A stretch of 36,852 nt of DNA from a virus (IMGVR_UViG_3300043932_000246:1-36852); one strand, 5' to 3'. Shown: positions 17,485 through 27,624, numbered from the stretch's first letter. Numbers and translations: made by a program. The notes: generated by a model not told the origin, from the sequence alone.

Positions 17485-20400
17485 TTATTCAAGTCCCATT
17501 TGAATTTTAAGAGTAGACATTTTATCATCAAAATATCCTCCAAATTTTCTTCGTAAAGTTCTATCTACTTCTTCTGCTATATCTTTAGCATTTTTCCCAC
17601 TTCCATTTATGATTACTTGGAATGTGGTATTATTTTCAACTTTTGCATTGTGAATTGCATTATAGGGTGTTCTTACTTTGTTTATTTCATCGTCAATTTC
17701 ATTATTAGGAGTAACTTTTTCTCCGCCTTTCATCCATACAAGTTCCGGACCTTTTTCTCCCACAAGATGTACCCCGGGTGAAGCATTTTCTGTACCCTGT
17801 GCATATCCAACATAACCTCCACCTCTAAGTTGAGATGTAATTCCTGGTACATTCGATATACTTCCATAGGTCCCAAGCATATATCGTATTGAAGCCGCTG
17901 CATTAGCAATAGGATTATAAATATCTCCTAATACGGGTATAGCGTATCTGCTAAAGCTACCATCTATCATCTGCATAAGTCCCTTGGACGGGTGCCCTGC
18001 CATTGCATTAGAATCCCAAAGATTTATTGCAAGCGGATTTCCTCCAGATTCATGCATTGCTATGTTCTCTAAAAGAGGTAGATAGCTCATAGGCGTACCT
18101 GTAATTGCCATAGCTGCCGATAACCATCCTACTAAATTTCCATTTACAGCTCCACCGGCTGAACTTGTTATACTTCCAATCCAGCCCTGAACAAAAGCGT
18201 TCATATCTTTGGAAGTCATACCATTTACAAGACCTTGCATAAGATTGGTTCCCATACCATACATAACTGTTGATGGAGAGTGTATTCCAAATCCGCTTCT
18301 AAATGTCTCCACAACTTTATCTGTGAGTGTTTGTACCGTAGTGTTCAAATTACCTTCTGAATCTTTCACCCCTTGGGTCATGTTATTTATCATTCCGGAA
18401 CCATATGTATTACCAGATAAAGAAAGGTTATTCATTATGTTTTTATTGTCTTGAGATACTTTAGTTGTAGCTGTAGTTGCCAAAGGTTCTCCTTTTAGCA
18501 ATCCAGCTGAAAAATTTTTAACTGCATTTTGCCCATATATTATATTATTGTTTACATATTTGCTTACTACATCTTGACTAGTGTTTGAAACCTTACCTAT
18601 ATTGTTATTTGGTATTACCTGAGAACCTCTGGGAATATTTACTATTTCCGGTCCCCTTTCACCTACGAGAGATAAACCACCCTCAAAATTATTTGTTCCA
18701 TTAGCATTAGTAGCTAATCTACCAGTCATTGTTCTAGAACTATTTTTTTCTCCAGAAGAATAACTAGAAGTTATCCCAACACCTTCTTTGAGTTGCAAAG
18801 TTGGAATAAGCGCCGTATCAGTGCCAAATATCTTGTTTTTTAGTTTTATTACATTATCAATGGCACCTATAATTGTATTTATTTTTCCAATAATAAACTG
18901 GGTAATATCTATTGCAAGAGATTGCGCGCCCTTCCATAAAGCATTCCAAGCCTCCTTAACTCCTCCACATTTTGCAATTAAATAAGCTAAGCCTGCTACT
19001 ATTAAGCCTATTCCTCCTGCTACCGGTGCAGCTACAACCTGTACAGCAGCTAACCCAGCTGCTGTTCCTATTAATAAAGCGCCTAAGCCAGTGTTACCCT
19101 TTTTCATCTCTACAAATCCAGCTGCTGCTACTCCTATTGCACCACTTGTTAAAATTCCTTTCTTGCCAATGCCAAAAACATTTATTGCAGCTAACCCAGC
19201 AGCCGTTCCTATAAGTAAAGCGCCTAAGCCGGTATTACCTTTTTTTAGTTCTATAAAACCTGCGGCTGCGGTTCCTATTGCACCACCTATTAATAGTCCT
19301 TTTTTATTTAGTCCTAAAATATTTATTGCGGCAAGTCCTCCCGCTGTCCCTATTAATAAAGCGCCTAAGCCGGTGTTACCCTTTTTCATCTCTACAAACC
19401 CAGCTGCTAACGCTATAAATGCACCTGTTTTTAAGGCACCAAATTTTATTACTGAACTAATTATGGCCAATCCTGAACCGGTTGCTATAAGTAATGCTCC
19501 AAGGCCTGTGTTGCCTTGTTTCATTTCTAAAAATCCAGTGGCAATTAAGCCAATCCCGGCGGCCATTCCAACTGTAGGCAGTGATTTTTTTAATCCTCCT
19601 AATACTTTTATTACTCCTTCTATAGCCATTGCACCCTTTAAAGTTAAAAATGCAGATGCTACTCCCAAAACAATTGATGAAATTCCTCCCCAGTTTCTTT
19701 TTATTGTACTCCCTACTTTTACTGTTTCTGTTAAAACCCATTGAATGTTGTTTTTAATAACAGGCATATTGTTATTAATTCCATCTACAACAGATTTAAG
19801 GGCTTTCCCTAATTCCGTATCTCCTTCACTTGTAATAAAAGCATTCTGTATATTGGACTTTAATATTATTAAAGAGCCAGCAAGAGTATCAGTTACTGTA
19901 TTCGCATAGTCTCTAGCAGCATTATTACTATGTTTCAAACTTTCTGTTTCATCATCTATAGCTTTTTTTCCCACACCAAGAAGTGCAGTTACTTTAGGTA
20001 ACGCTTCTTGACCAAAAATTACAGAAAGAGCTGTATTTTTAACTGCAGGATTCAATCCATGTAAAGATGTATTTAAATCCCCTATTATATTGCCAATATC
20101 TTTCATTTTATGAATGGTTGGATCTATAGCACTAAAACCTAATTCTTTCATTAAGCTAGTTGCATTTTTAGTTGGTTTGACTAATCTAGTATACATCTCA
20201 AGTAATCCCATACCTGCTTTGCTTCCAAGTATACCTTTATTGCCAAGTTCACCAATAGCAGCGGCCGTATTTTCTATTGACCACCCTGCCTGGCTTGCCA
20301 CTGGAGCTATGTAACTCATTGCAGTTGCCATGTCCGGCATTGCTGCCGCTGTATCCATAGCTGCTTTTGCATATACATCTGTTACATGGGATGCTTTAGA

Positions 20401-21339
20401 TACATCCAAGTTAAAGTTTCTAATTGCAGAGGATATATCCAATGTTGCGTCTTCCATCTTTATGTTTCCGGCTACTGCAAGAAGTGTGGCCGGTTCAATA
20501 GATGCCATTATTTGTTTTAAATTAAATCCATGTGAAGCAAGGCTTTCCATACCTGCGCCAATTTCCTTTGATGATATTCCCCACGTATTACTGATTTGTA
20601 TAGCTTGATTAGATAAATTTGCTAAATCATTATTAGATATTTGTCCTAAAGTTGCATGTACTCTCGCCATTTGCTGTTGGAATTCTATAAATGACCCTAT
20701 TGCAGCTTGCACACCCCTTACAGCCTCATATCCAATTCCCACAAAACCAAATGCACCAAGTATATTAGATAGTCCACTTGATATAGTACGGACAGAACGC
20801 ATACTAGAAGCTAATTCCCCTGCACCAGCGGTACTTCTTTTAATTCCATCCGCTACTTTATTCATTGTAGTAGCTGTTTGTTCTTCTTCAGAATTAGTTT
20901 TGAATATTTCATCATTTAATTTTTGCTGTTCTGCATTTATTTCAGAAAGTGTTTTACTTAAAGGTGTAGTTCTATTGTTCCATTCCTGAGCCAGCTGTGA
21001 ACTTCTATCAATTTTAGAATTATATTCATCTGCATAATCATTCACCAACTTAGTAAGCCTTTCTAACCTTTCAGTTGATGAATTTAGTCCATCGGAATTT
21101 TCCTGGGACTTTTTTAATGAATCACTTAAGTTATTTACATTTAAATCACTTGTTGATTTAGATAAGGTGCCTATTGGTTCATTGAATTTATTAAAGGCAC
21201 TGGTAGCAGAATCAACATCCTTCATAAAATTATTTAAAGATGATTCCAAGCTTCCTATTAGTTGTGTTGATTTCTCAAGCCCACTATCATTTACTACATA
21301 TCCAATTTCATAAACTAAATTTTGTAATGTTTGAGCCAT
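17485..21339 (-). CDS. Tail tape measure-like protein with C-terminal lytic transglycosylase (SLT) domain
   Basis: TP901-type core (LGNKGILGSKAGMGL), Gly/Ala-rich repeats, HESGGNPLAINLWDSNA..SKGLMQ SLT motif, two LVGE(R/K)GPE repeats. Confidence 0.92.
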   Translation of the reverse strand: MAQTLQNLVYEIGYVVNDSGLEKSTQLIGSLESSLNNFMKDVDSATSAFNKFNEPIGTLSKSTSDLNVNNLSDSLKKSQENSDGLNSSTERLERLTKLVNDYADEYNSKIDRSSQLAQEWNNRTTPLSKTLSEINAEQQKLNDEIFKTNSEEEQTATTMNKVADGIKRSTAGAGELASSMRSVRTISSGLSNILGAFGFVGIGYEAVRGVQAAIGSFIEFQQQMARVHATLGQISNNDLANLSNQAIQISNTWGISSKEIGAGMESLASHGFNLKQIMASIEPATLLAVAGNIKMEDATLDISSAIRNFNLDVSKASHVTDVYAKAAMDTAAAMPDMATAMSYIAPVASQAGWSIENTAAAIGELGNKGILGSKAGMGLLEMYTRLVKPTKNATSLMKELGFSAIDPTIHKMKDIGNIIGDLNTSLHGLNPAVKNTALSVIFGQEALPKVTALLGVGKKAIDDETESLKHSNNAARDYANTVTDTLAGSLIILKSNIQNAFITSEGDTELGKALKSVVDGINNNMPVIKNNIQWVLTETVKVGSTIKRNWGGISSIVLGVASAFLTLKGAMAIEGVIKVLGGLKKSLPTVGMAAGIGLIATGFLEMKQGNTGLGALLIATGSGLAIISSVIKFGALKTGAFIALAAGFVEMKKGNTGLGALLIGTAGGLAAINILGLNKKGLLIGGAIGTAAAGFIELKKGNTGLGALLIGTAAGLAAINVFGIGKKGILTSGAIGVAAAGFVEMKKGNTGLGALLIGTAAGLAAVQVVAAPVAGGIGLIVAGLAYLIAKCGGVKEAWNALWKGAQSLAIDITQFIIGKINTIIGAIDNVIKLKNKIFGTDTALIPTLQLKEGVGITSSYSSGEKNSSRTMTGRLATNANGTNNFEGGLSLVGERGPEIVNIPRGSQVIPNNNIGKVSNTSQDVVSKYVNNNIIYGQNAVKNFSAGLLKGEPLATTATTKVSQDNKNIMNNLSLSGNTYGSGMINNMTQGVKDSEGNLNTTVQTLTDKVVETFRSGFGIHSPSTVMYGMGTNLMQGLVNGMTSKDMNAFVQGWIGSITSSAGGAVNGNLVGWLSAAMAITGTPMSYLPLLENIAMHESGGNPLAINLWDSNAMAGHPSKGLMQMIDGSFSRYAIPVLGDIYNPIANAAASIRYMLGTYGSISNVPGITSQLRGGGYVGYAQGTENASPGVHLVGEKGPELVWMKGGEKVTPNNEIDDEINKVRTPYNAIHNAKVENNTTFQVIINGSGKNAKDIAEEVDRTLRRKFGGYFDDKMSTLKIQMGLE
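19040..19560 (-). repeat. Four ~45-47 aa internal repeats in the tape measure gene
   Basis: GFxE(M/L)KxGNTGLGALLIxTxxGLA x4, also visible as DNA repeats with ~141 nt period. Confidence 0.85.
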
Positions 21340-21464
21340 TTTTACACCTCCTTCATTTGCATTTTATTGCAGTAAAAAAAATACTGCTTAAATGTAGGAT
21401 TTGAGGTAAAAGATGGTATAATTAAAATACAATTATGAATAAATAGTTAACGGGGGAGATTATA

Positions 21465-22883
21465 TTGAAAGAAAAATTATATAATAAAGATGGGTTTATG
21501 TGGATTATGTTTGCCGTGTTTCCGCCGATTGGAATATTTTTAATGTGGAAGAACAAAAGATATAATATGGTACCTAGAATAATAACATCTATTGCTTATT
21601 TATTTTATTTCCTAATTATTTGTGGAACTGTAGGAAATAAATATTCTGGGTTAAGTTTTGCATCTGAATTTATAAGAATGAGTATTTTTTTCGTTTTACT
21701 CCCATATATAATAGTTCATTGGAGCAAATTATATAATAAATTTTCACCTGTCCTAAAAAAATATAATATAGAAGATACTAGCAAAAATATTAATAAAAAG
21801 AGTACAAATAAAGAGATTAATAATGGCATAAATAAAGTATACTTATCTTATGATGGTGGCTATCCTGAATGCCCTAAAAGTTTCGCTGCCTTAATTACTA
21901 GATATGACAATCAACTCATCTTTTTAGAACGGAATTTATTAAAAGAAAAATTTAGAATTAATATAGATGATATCTTAAGTATAAAACATCATCATCAAGA
22001 TACTGGAATAAATAAATCAATTACAATTGCAATACGATACAAAAATAGCCAAATAGAATTACTATTTGCAGGAGGTTTATTGTCAGAAAAAAACTATAGT
22101 AATTTAATGTCTTTGGTTTATTCAAATAATGTTAAGCCTTTTAATGTCCAAAGGGAAAGGAAATTTAACATATGCATGATCACAGCTGTAGCCATTATAC
22201 TAGCAGTAGCTTTCATCATAACTGGTATTAATGATAAAAATAATACTGCAACAAATACAAAACCTGCACAATCCCAAGATTCAAAATCAACAAAAGATGC
22301 TTCCAAAACAAATACCGTTGATAAAAACTATTCAAATGATACAGGTACAAACGAAAACAGTAATACTACTCAAGTTGATACTAACGAAGACATACCTGAA
22401 GATGATGGATCTATAGAAGAAGGAATGTATAAAATTGGTAGTGATTTAGTTGCTGGTGAATATGTAATAATTGCAAACGACGACACTGGTTCAGCATACA
22501 TGGCAATTACTAAAGATAGTACAGGAAATTTAGATAGTATAATAGGAAATGAGAATATAGCAAATAGAACTTATGTCACTGTAAACAGCGGAGAATATTT
22601 AACCATTAGAGATGCAAAGACATATCCTTTAGATAAAGCTCCAAAAGTTGATACTTCAAGCGGTACCTTACCAGATGGTATGTATAAGGCTGGAGTTGAT
22701 ATATCGGCTGGAGAGTATAAAATAAATTCTCCCGGTGATGGATATGTTGAAATAACTACTAATAGTAGACATACGTTAGATGGAGTAATATCAAATGATA
22801 ACTTTAGTGGTGATAAATATGTTTCAATACAAAATGGTCAATATTTAAAATTGCAACGAGCTACTCTTACCTTAAATAAATAA
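21465..22883 (+). CDS. Membrane-anchored protein with extracellular repeat domain
   Basis: N-terminal FPPIGIFLMW transmembrane segments, a central TM, a Thr/Asn-rich linker and duplicated GMYKxGxDxxAGEY. Confidence 0.75.
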   Translation: MKEKLYNKDGFMWIMFAVFPPIGIFLMWKNKRYNMVPRIITSIAYLFYFLIICGTVGNKYSGLSFASEFIRMSIFFVLLPYIIVHWSKLYNKFSPVLKKYNIEDTSKNINKKSTNKEINNGINKVYLSYDGGYPECPKSFAALITRYDNQLIFLERNLLKEKFRINIDDILSIKHHHQDTGINKSITIAIRYKNSQIELLFAGGLLSEKNYSNLMSLVYSNNVKPFNVQRERKFNICMITAVAIILAVAFIITGINDKNNTATNTKPAQSQDSKSTKDASKTNTVDKNYSNDTGTNENSNTTQVDTNEDIPEDDGSIEEGMYKIGSDLVAGEYVIIANDDTGSAYMAITKDSTGNLDSIIGNENIANRTYVTVNSGEYLTIRDAKTYPLDKAPKVDTSSGTLPDGMYKAGVDISAGEYKINSPGDGYVEITTNSRHTLDGVISNDNFSGDKYVSIQNGQYLKLQRATLTLNK

Positions 22884-22991
22884 AAATTTGTTCTCAAAAA
22901 TAAAGAGAATAATTATAGATTGTATAAAAATCAAATTTATAATCATTTCCTATTTACTTTGAAAATTCAGTATATAAGGAGGTTAATTTTT

Positions 22992-23399
22992 ATGAAAAAA
23001 GATATTTATGTCTATCCAGCTATATTAACCCAATATAAAGACAATAATATAGGAATTACTTTTCCAGATTTGCCGGGCTGTGTATCTGATGCAGATACTA
23101 TGGAAGAAGCAGTTAAGAACGCCAAAGAAGTGTTAGCATTGCACCTATTTGGCATGGAAGAAGATAACATTGAAATCCCCGAGCCCAGCCCTATAGATAA
23201 GCTTAAACTAGACAAAAACGATATACCTCTGCTGGTGAATGTGTATATGCCTTTATATCGAGAAGCTATCCAAAACACCTCAGTAAAAACCACTGTAACT
23301 ATGCCTCAGTGGCTGAAAACTATGGCAGAGAAAAATAATATAAACTTTTCTCAAGTTATTCAAGTTGCCCTTAAACAAAAACTTAACATTAATAAATAG
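22992..23399 (+). CDS. hicB: HicB family antitoxin (orphan)
   Basis: YVYPAIL..ITFPDLPGCVSDADTMEEAVKNAKEVL and VKTTVTMPQWL..INFSQV; AAGGAGG RBS. Confidence 0.9.
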   Translation: MKKDIYVYPAILTQYKDNNIGITFPDLPGCVSDADTMEEAVKNAKEVLALHLFGMEEDNIEIPEPSPIDKLKLDKNDIPLLVNVYMPLYREAIQNTSVKTTVTMPQWLKTMAEKNNINFSQVIQVALKQKLNINK

Positions 23400-23402
23400 T
23401 AT

Positions 23403-23431
23403 AAAAGTGGACATCTTATGTATCCACTTTG
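23403..23431. terminator. Bidirectional terminator-like hairpin
   Basis: AAAGTGGA...TCCACTTT between convergent genes. Confidence 0.6.
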
Positions 23432-23442
23432 ACTTAATATGG

Positions 23443-23853
23443 TCAATTACTGCTAATTTCTAATTGATTTAATTGTGATTTTAGTAATTCACCATCTTGA
23501 TACAATTTATCTTCATATTCTTTAGTCCATACTCTATCAATAAAAATCGAAAAAATATCCCGATATAATTTCATTAAATTATTGCATATTTTCTTCATTT
23601 GCTTATGTATTTCCCTATATTTAACAGGTGGTTTAGTAGTCCTAATATATTTACAACTATTTATTATCATCTCGAGAAACATCCTTGCTGAGCTTAAATT
23701 TTTATCATTTATTGCTTCTACAAATTTATCACATCCCATATAGATAGCTTTACATTCTCTATTTATATTAAATTCATATAATTTTTCCTTATAATATTGT
23801 GCCCCCAAAAATAACATCCTCCTCGTAAAATTTATAATTTTATTCGTTTCCAA
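23443..23853 (-). CDS. Hypothetical protein
   Basis: 136 aa ORF in operon position. Confidence 0.6.
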   Translation of the reverse strand: METNKIINFTRRMLFLGAQYYKEKLYEFNINRECKAIYMGCDKFVEAINDKNLSSARMFLEMIINSCKYIRTTKPPVKYREIHKQMKKICNNLMKLYRDIFSIFIDRVWTKEYEDKLYQDGELLKSQLNQLEISSN

Positions 23854-23855
23854 AG

Positions 23856-24650
23856 TCAGTCATCTATATTATTTTCATCTCCACTGTCTTCTACACTATA
23901 TTCGATATCATCATCTATCTCAGCCAACTGTTTTTCAGCAAGTTCCATCTTTCTATGCTCAATATCAAGTTTCTCTTTAGTATCAGCATCTATAACTCCA
24001 AGTGTTTGTCTTTGCATCTTCTGTATTTTATCTAATGCATTAACTAGATTTAATACTTTTCCATCATTAATTGAATCTATAGTCTGTGTTACTATTTCTT
24101 CACTAAATTTCCCGGGGCCATATCCTGTTTTTAATTTTTCTACAATTTTGTATAATTCATCAGGTGAACCTAAAGCTTTTTCTATTTCATCTAGAATAAT
24201 GTCAGATATTTTAAAATGTTTGGCTACCGCCTTTGCAGCATCCATTATTACAAGTTCTTCTGATTTTTCCCTTATTTTTTGGTTTAAGTCACGTTTATAC
24301 TCTGTTCTTTTTCCACTCCATTTATGAGATGCCGAGTAATTTTTAACAGATTGCAGCGGTATATTATACTTCTTGCTTAAATTCTCCAGACTACAGGGGT
24401 TCCTCCTTATATCCGTTACATACTCATTCTCTATATCTATCCAAGATATCTCGCCTTTCTTAATTTCAACTTTTTTATTCTGGTTTTTTGTTCTAGTTGA
24501 TGGTTTAATCCATTGGTTGCCGCTGTCTTTATCTTTTTTAGACCAGCTTTTTATTGTACCCAGTTTTACATTATATTTATCTGAAAGGTGCTGAAATGTA
24601 CCTTCTCCCCGCTCATATGCCGATCTTATTTTATTTTTTATGTCATTCAT
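23856..24650 (-). CDS. Terminase small subunit-like HTH protein
   Basis: Tandem HTHs (LSDKYNVKLGTIKSW; LSKKYNIPLQSVKNYS..KW) and LDKIQKMQRQTLG; start moved to MNDIK. Confidence 0.6.
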   Translation of the reverse strand: MNDIKNKIRSAYERGEGTFQHLSDKYNVKLGTIKSWSKKDKDSGNQWIKPSTRTKNQNKKVEIKKGEISWIDIENEYVTDIRRNPCSLENLSKKYNIPLQSVKNYSASHKWSGKRTEYKRDLNQKIREKSEELVIMDAAKAVAKHFKISDIILDEIEKALGSPDELYKIVEKLKTGYGPGKFSEEIVTQTIDSINDGKVLNLVNALDKIQKMQRQTLGVIDADTKEKLDIEHRKMELAEKQLAEIDDDIEYSVEDSGDENNIDD

Positions 24651-24818
24651 ATCTTCACCTCTCACAACCAATGTTTTGTGTATATTTTAATTCAAAATAA
24701 AAATAGTTGCATTATGGTTGATGTCTCCATAAATTTATTAAATTCATTTTCTTTTATATAAAAAGGCGCTCAAATAATCAAGCACCCCAATTTATTTATA
24801 CTATTGTAAATCTTATAT

Positions 24819-25244
24819 TTATTCATCAGAAGGGATATCATCTATAATCTTCACCCCAACATCACAATTATGCTCTATTTCCTGCTTATCTCTCCATTGT
24901 CCTGGCTTACGATTTTTCAACCAAAAGATAGCGGCTGTAGTATTTGGCTTTTCATATTTCTCCACTTCAACAATATTACCTTTATTGGTTACTACCTGTT
25001 CTTTATATTTAAATCCAAGTGCTGATTTATATAGAGCATTTTCAACTTCTCTATCAGCTACCTCCTTGCCTTTTTTTAGGGCCTCCCGTAACTCTCTATG
25101 CTCATTTTTCCATCTATATAATGTACTTGTACCTATCCCTAAATTATTAGCAATTTGCTCATCTGTGAGCCCATCTCTTGCCCATCCTTGTATTAATATT
25201 AATTTATCCCTTATATCATTCCACTTGGATTTCAATAGACCCAC
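24819..25244 (-). CDS. Phage HTH protein, terminase small subunit-like
   Basis: GWARDGLTDEQIANNLGIGTSTLYRW..VENALYKSALG..PNTTAAIFWLKNR..WRDK, a family usually found upstream of terL. Confidence 0.7.
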   Translation of the reverse strand: MGLLKSKWNDIRDKLILIQGWARDGLTDEQIANNLGIGTSTLYRWKNEHRELREALKKGKEVADREVENALYKSALGFKYKEQVVTNKGNIVEVEKYEKPNTTAAIFWLKNRKPGQWRDKQEIEHNCDVGVKIIDDIPSDE

Positions 25245-25266
25245 CTCCTGTAAATTTTAATATAAC

Positions 25267-25521
25267 CTAAGCTTTATAAGCTCCCTTCTCTATATTATAT
25301 TCTTCAATATCTTCTAGAAACTGTTTTAAAAATTCATCTTTTAACAAAGCCTGAAGTACTAATTTTGCTGCGTATTTTCTATACACTACGTAATCTCCAA
25401 GTAACACAGCGGTACAGTCTATAAGTATTTCAACTGGATCTTGCTCTTGATTCAGATATTTAAAATTATCAGTCTTAAATACACTCTTTTCATTATTATT
25501 GGATTTTATATTATTTTTCAA
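25267..25521 (-). CDS. Hypothetical protein, paralogue of 26527-26706
   Basis: Shares DP.E..ID....L.GDY.V.RKYAAKL.L.ALLK.EF. Confidence 0.7.
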   Translation of the reverse strand: MKNNIKSNNNEKSVFKTDNFKYLNQEQDPVEILIDCTAVLLGDYVVYRKYAAKLVLQALLKDEFLKQFLEDIEEYNIEKGAYKA

Positions 25522-25822
25522 TGTTAATTCCTCTTTTCTATGTATATTAAAAATTCTTATACTTTTATTATATTTACTTCAATTTCCATTTGCTCACATT
25601 CTAAAATTTCATTCTTTGTACTTGACAATAATATCCTTTAATCAGTCAGATAGACAAATAAAGAATATACAATCACATTTAGTGATAAATAAGGAGTGTC
25701 AACTTCGACCTTCCCGCGGGGCATTTGCCCCACACAGTTTCATTTTCATGCTATCCATGTAAATACTATATCTCTAATTTTCAGTAAATGTTCTTTGGAA
25801 AAGTTTCCTGCGTTTGCAGGAA

Positions 25823-26035
25823 TTATTCCCTTAAAGTTACTAAATAATTTTTGTACTTCATAGCCAACCTTCTTGATAACCAACTTGACATATAAATTGA
25901 ATTTCTATCGTCAGCATTTTCAATTTCATCCAATATAGATACAATCTCTTGTTTTTTCTGCTCGGACACGTTCGTGTCCATAATTATTTTTAGCTTTCCA
26001 GTTACTCCTCTATCACCTTTCCATCTTACAGCCAT
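25823..26035 (-). CDS. Hypothetical protein
   Basis: 70 aa ORF with GGAG RBS. Confidence 0.45.
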   Translation of the reverse strand: MAVRWKGDRGVTGKLKIIMDTNVSEQKKQEIVSILDEIENADDRNSIYMSSWLSRRLAMKYKNYLVTLRE

Positions 26036-26526
26036 TACTCCACTACCATTTTTCTTAACAAGTCCACATATTCTAGCAGTACAAGCCAGATTATAATTTG
26101 TTATTCCTCTATCTGTTATTATTTATATTAGACTTTACTTGACCCTTAAATTTGGGGGGTAGCTTTTTGATTTATCTTTTTCTACATATGTTTCCTGTCC
26201 TCCACTAAATGTAGGTATTCGTATTTTACACACCCCTGTAATACATCATGCTGGTGCTATTACCTTCAACACCAATGTCGAACCCTTTATAATTATTTTT
26301 AACCTACCCATGTAAGTGGTGAACTCCCATTCGTACTAAATGACGAATGCGATGGAGCTAGGACTTTAACCTACCCTTGTAGGTATTGAACCTTTGTGAA
26401 TGAAGAAATACGAATACTTCATCACCTATCTGCAATATCGATTTAGATATTTAAATATTTTATTTCTTTTATAATATTGCCCTAAAAGTTTATTTTAAAC
26501 TTCAACAGGCTCACCTCCAACTAATT

Positions 26527-26706
26527 TTACTTTAATTTAAAATTTATAACTTTCTCTAAGTCTTTTAGCCCTTTCAATATATCTTTAAAAAATTCATTCT
26601 TCAATAATGCTTTAAGTAATAATTTAGCTGCATACTTTCTACTTACCTCATAATCTCCTACCAAAATATCAATACTATCAATTACAGCTTCTATCGGATC
26701 ATTCAT
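26527..26706 (-). CDS. 59 aa hypothetical protein missing from the ORF track
   Basis: Manual translation MNDPIEAVIDSIDILVGDYEVSRKYAAKLLLKALLKNEFFKDILKGLKDLEKVINFKLK. Confidence 0.65.
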   Translation of the reverse strand: MNDPIEAVIDSIDILVGDYEVSRKYAAKLLLKALLKNEFFKDILKGLKDLEKVINFKLK

Positions 26707-26748
26707 ATATTTAAAATTCCCACTATTAATTGTTTATATATGTATTTA

Positions 26749-27624
26749 CTATAACAATTCTGCATCATAGAATTTAATTTTTTTTATTTTTCCGCTGCAA
26801 TAAAACTCTGGTGAATAATCACATATTCCTTTTTCATTTCCCTGGAATTCTGTATGAAAGAACTTATCTATCATAACCTTACTATCTTCATAACTAACAG
26901 CTTGTATATGCCCATTTATTTCTACATTTAGCCATTCATTAAATAATTTGTTCCATATATCATAGTTATACTTTATTTCATCAAATAATTTATTTCTACA
27001 ATTGGTGAAGTATTGCATACTATTTACTACATCTATATCAATAGGAGTTCCTTTTTTTATTAATATATTCTTAAATTCTTCAAAATTAAGATCATGACAA
27101 TGAACCCTATTATATTTAGTATTATTTTTAGTATTATTCTTAGTATTATTTACCACCCCATATGGCGGAATTAAATCGGTTGATTCGTCGGAATTAATTC
27201 CGCCCAAAAGGCGGTTTCTAGATTTTTCAACAGTTTCAGCTTGCTTTTCTTTTAGCTCATTTATCTTAAATTCTCCAATTTCCAATAAATGAGCTATATG
27301 ATCAATATTATTCTCTATTTTAAAATACCTTTTAGGCGGCATTCCTTTGATCTTGTATTCAATTAACCCAAACTTATTTAAATTATTAATAGCCTTTTTT
27401 TGTGGTTTTTCTCCTATACAAGTTGCTCTCTGCAAATCATTTACAGTGCTAAAAAAGAATCCGTCTTCATCAAGCTTGTTTCTTTCATTAAAATAGTTAT
27501 ATCGGGATAGTAGTTCCGAATAGATTATAGTTTCGTTCAAACCTATCGCATGACATAAATTTTTATTTATTACAATACTCCCATTTGATCTGATAAGAGA
27601 GTATATAGGACTTAATTTCTGCAT
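26749..27624 (-). CDS. Phage-type replication initiator (replisome organiser-like)
   Basis: VINKNLCHAIGLNETIIYSELL winged-helix N-terminus, GMPPKRYF, NNTK repeats and internal GC-rich repeats; upstream TTGACA-17-GATACT (27695-27667). Confidence 0.75.
   Translation of the reverse strand: MQKLSPIYSLIRSNGSIVINKNLCHAIGLNETIIYSELLSRYNYFNERNKLDEDGFFFSTVNDLQRATCIGEKPQKKAINNLNKFGLIEYKIKGMPPKRYFKIENNIDHIAHLLEIGEFKINELKEKQAETVEKSRNRLLGGINSDESTDLIPPYGVVNNTKNNTKNNTKYNRVHCHDLNFEEFKNILIKKGTPIDIDVVNSMQYFTNCRNKLFDEIKYNYDIWNKLFNEWLNVEINGHIQAVSYEDSKVMIDKFFHTEFQGNEKGICDYSPEFYCSGKIKKIKFYDAELL

Noticed and set aside
19091-19744. 217 aa Pro/Ala-rich repetitive ORF on the + strand
   Set aside because: Antisense shadow of the Gly/Ala repeats in the tape measure gene.
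24819-25244. IS transposase
   Set aside because: HTH only; no DDE domain or terminal inverted repeats seen.
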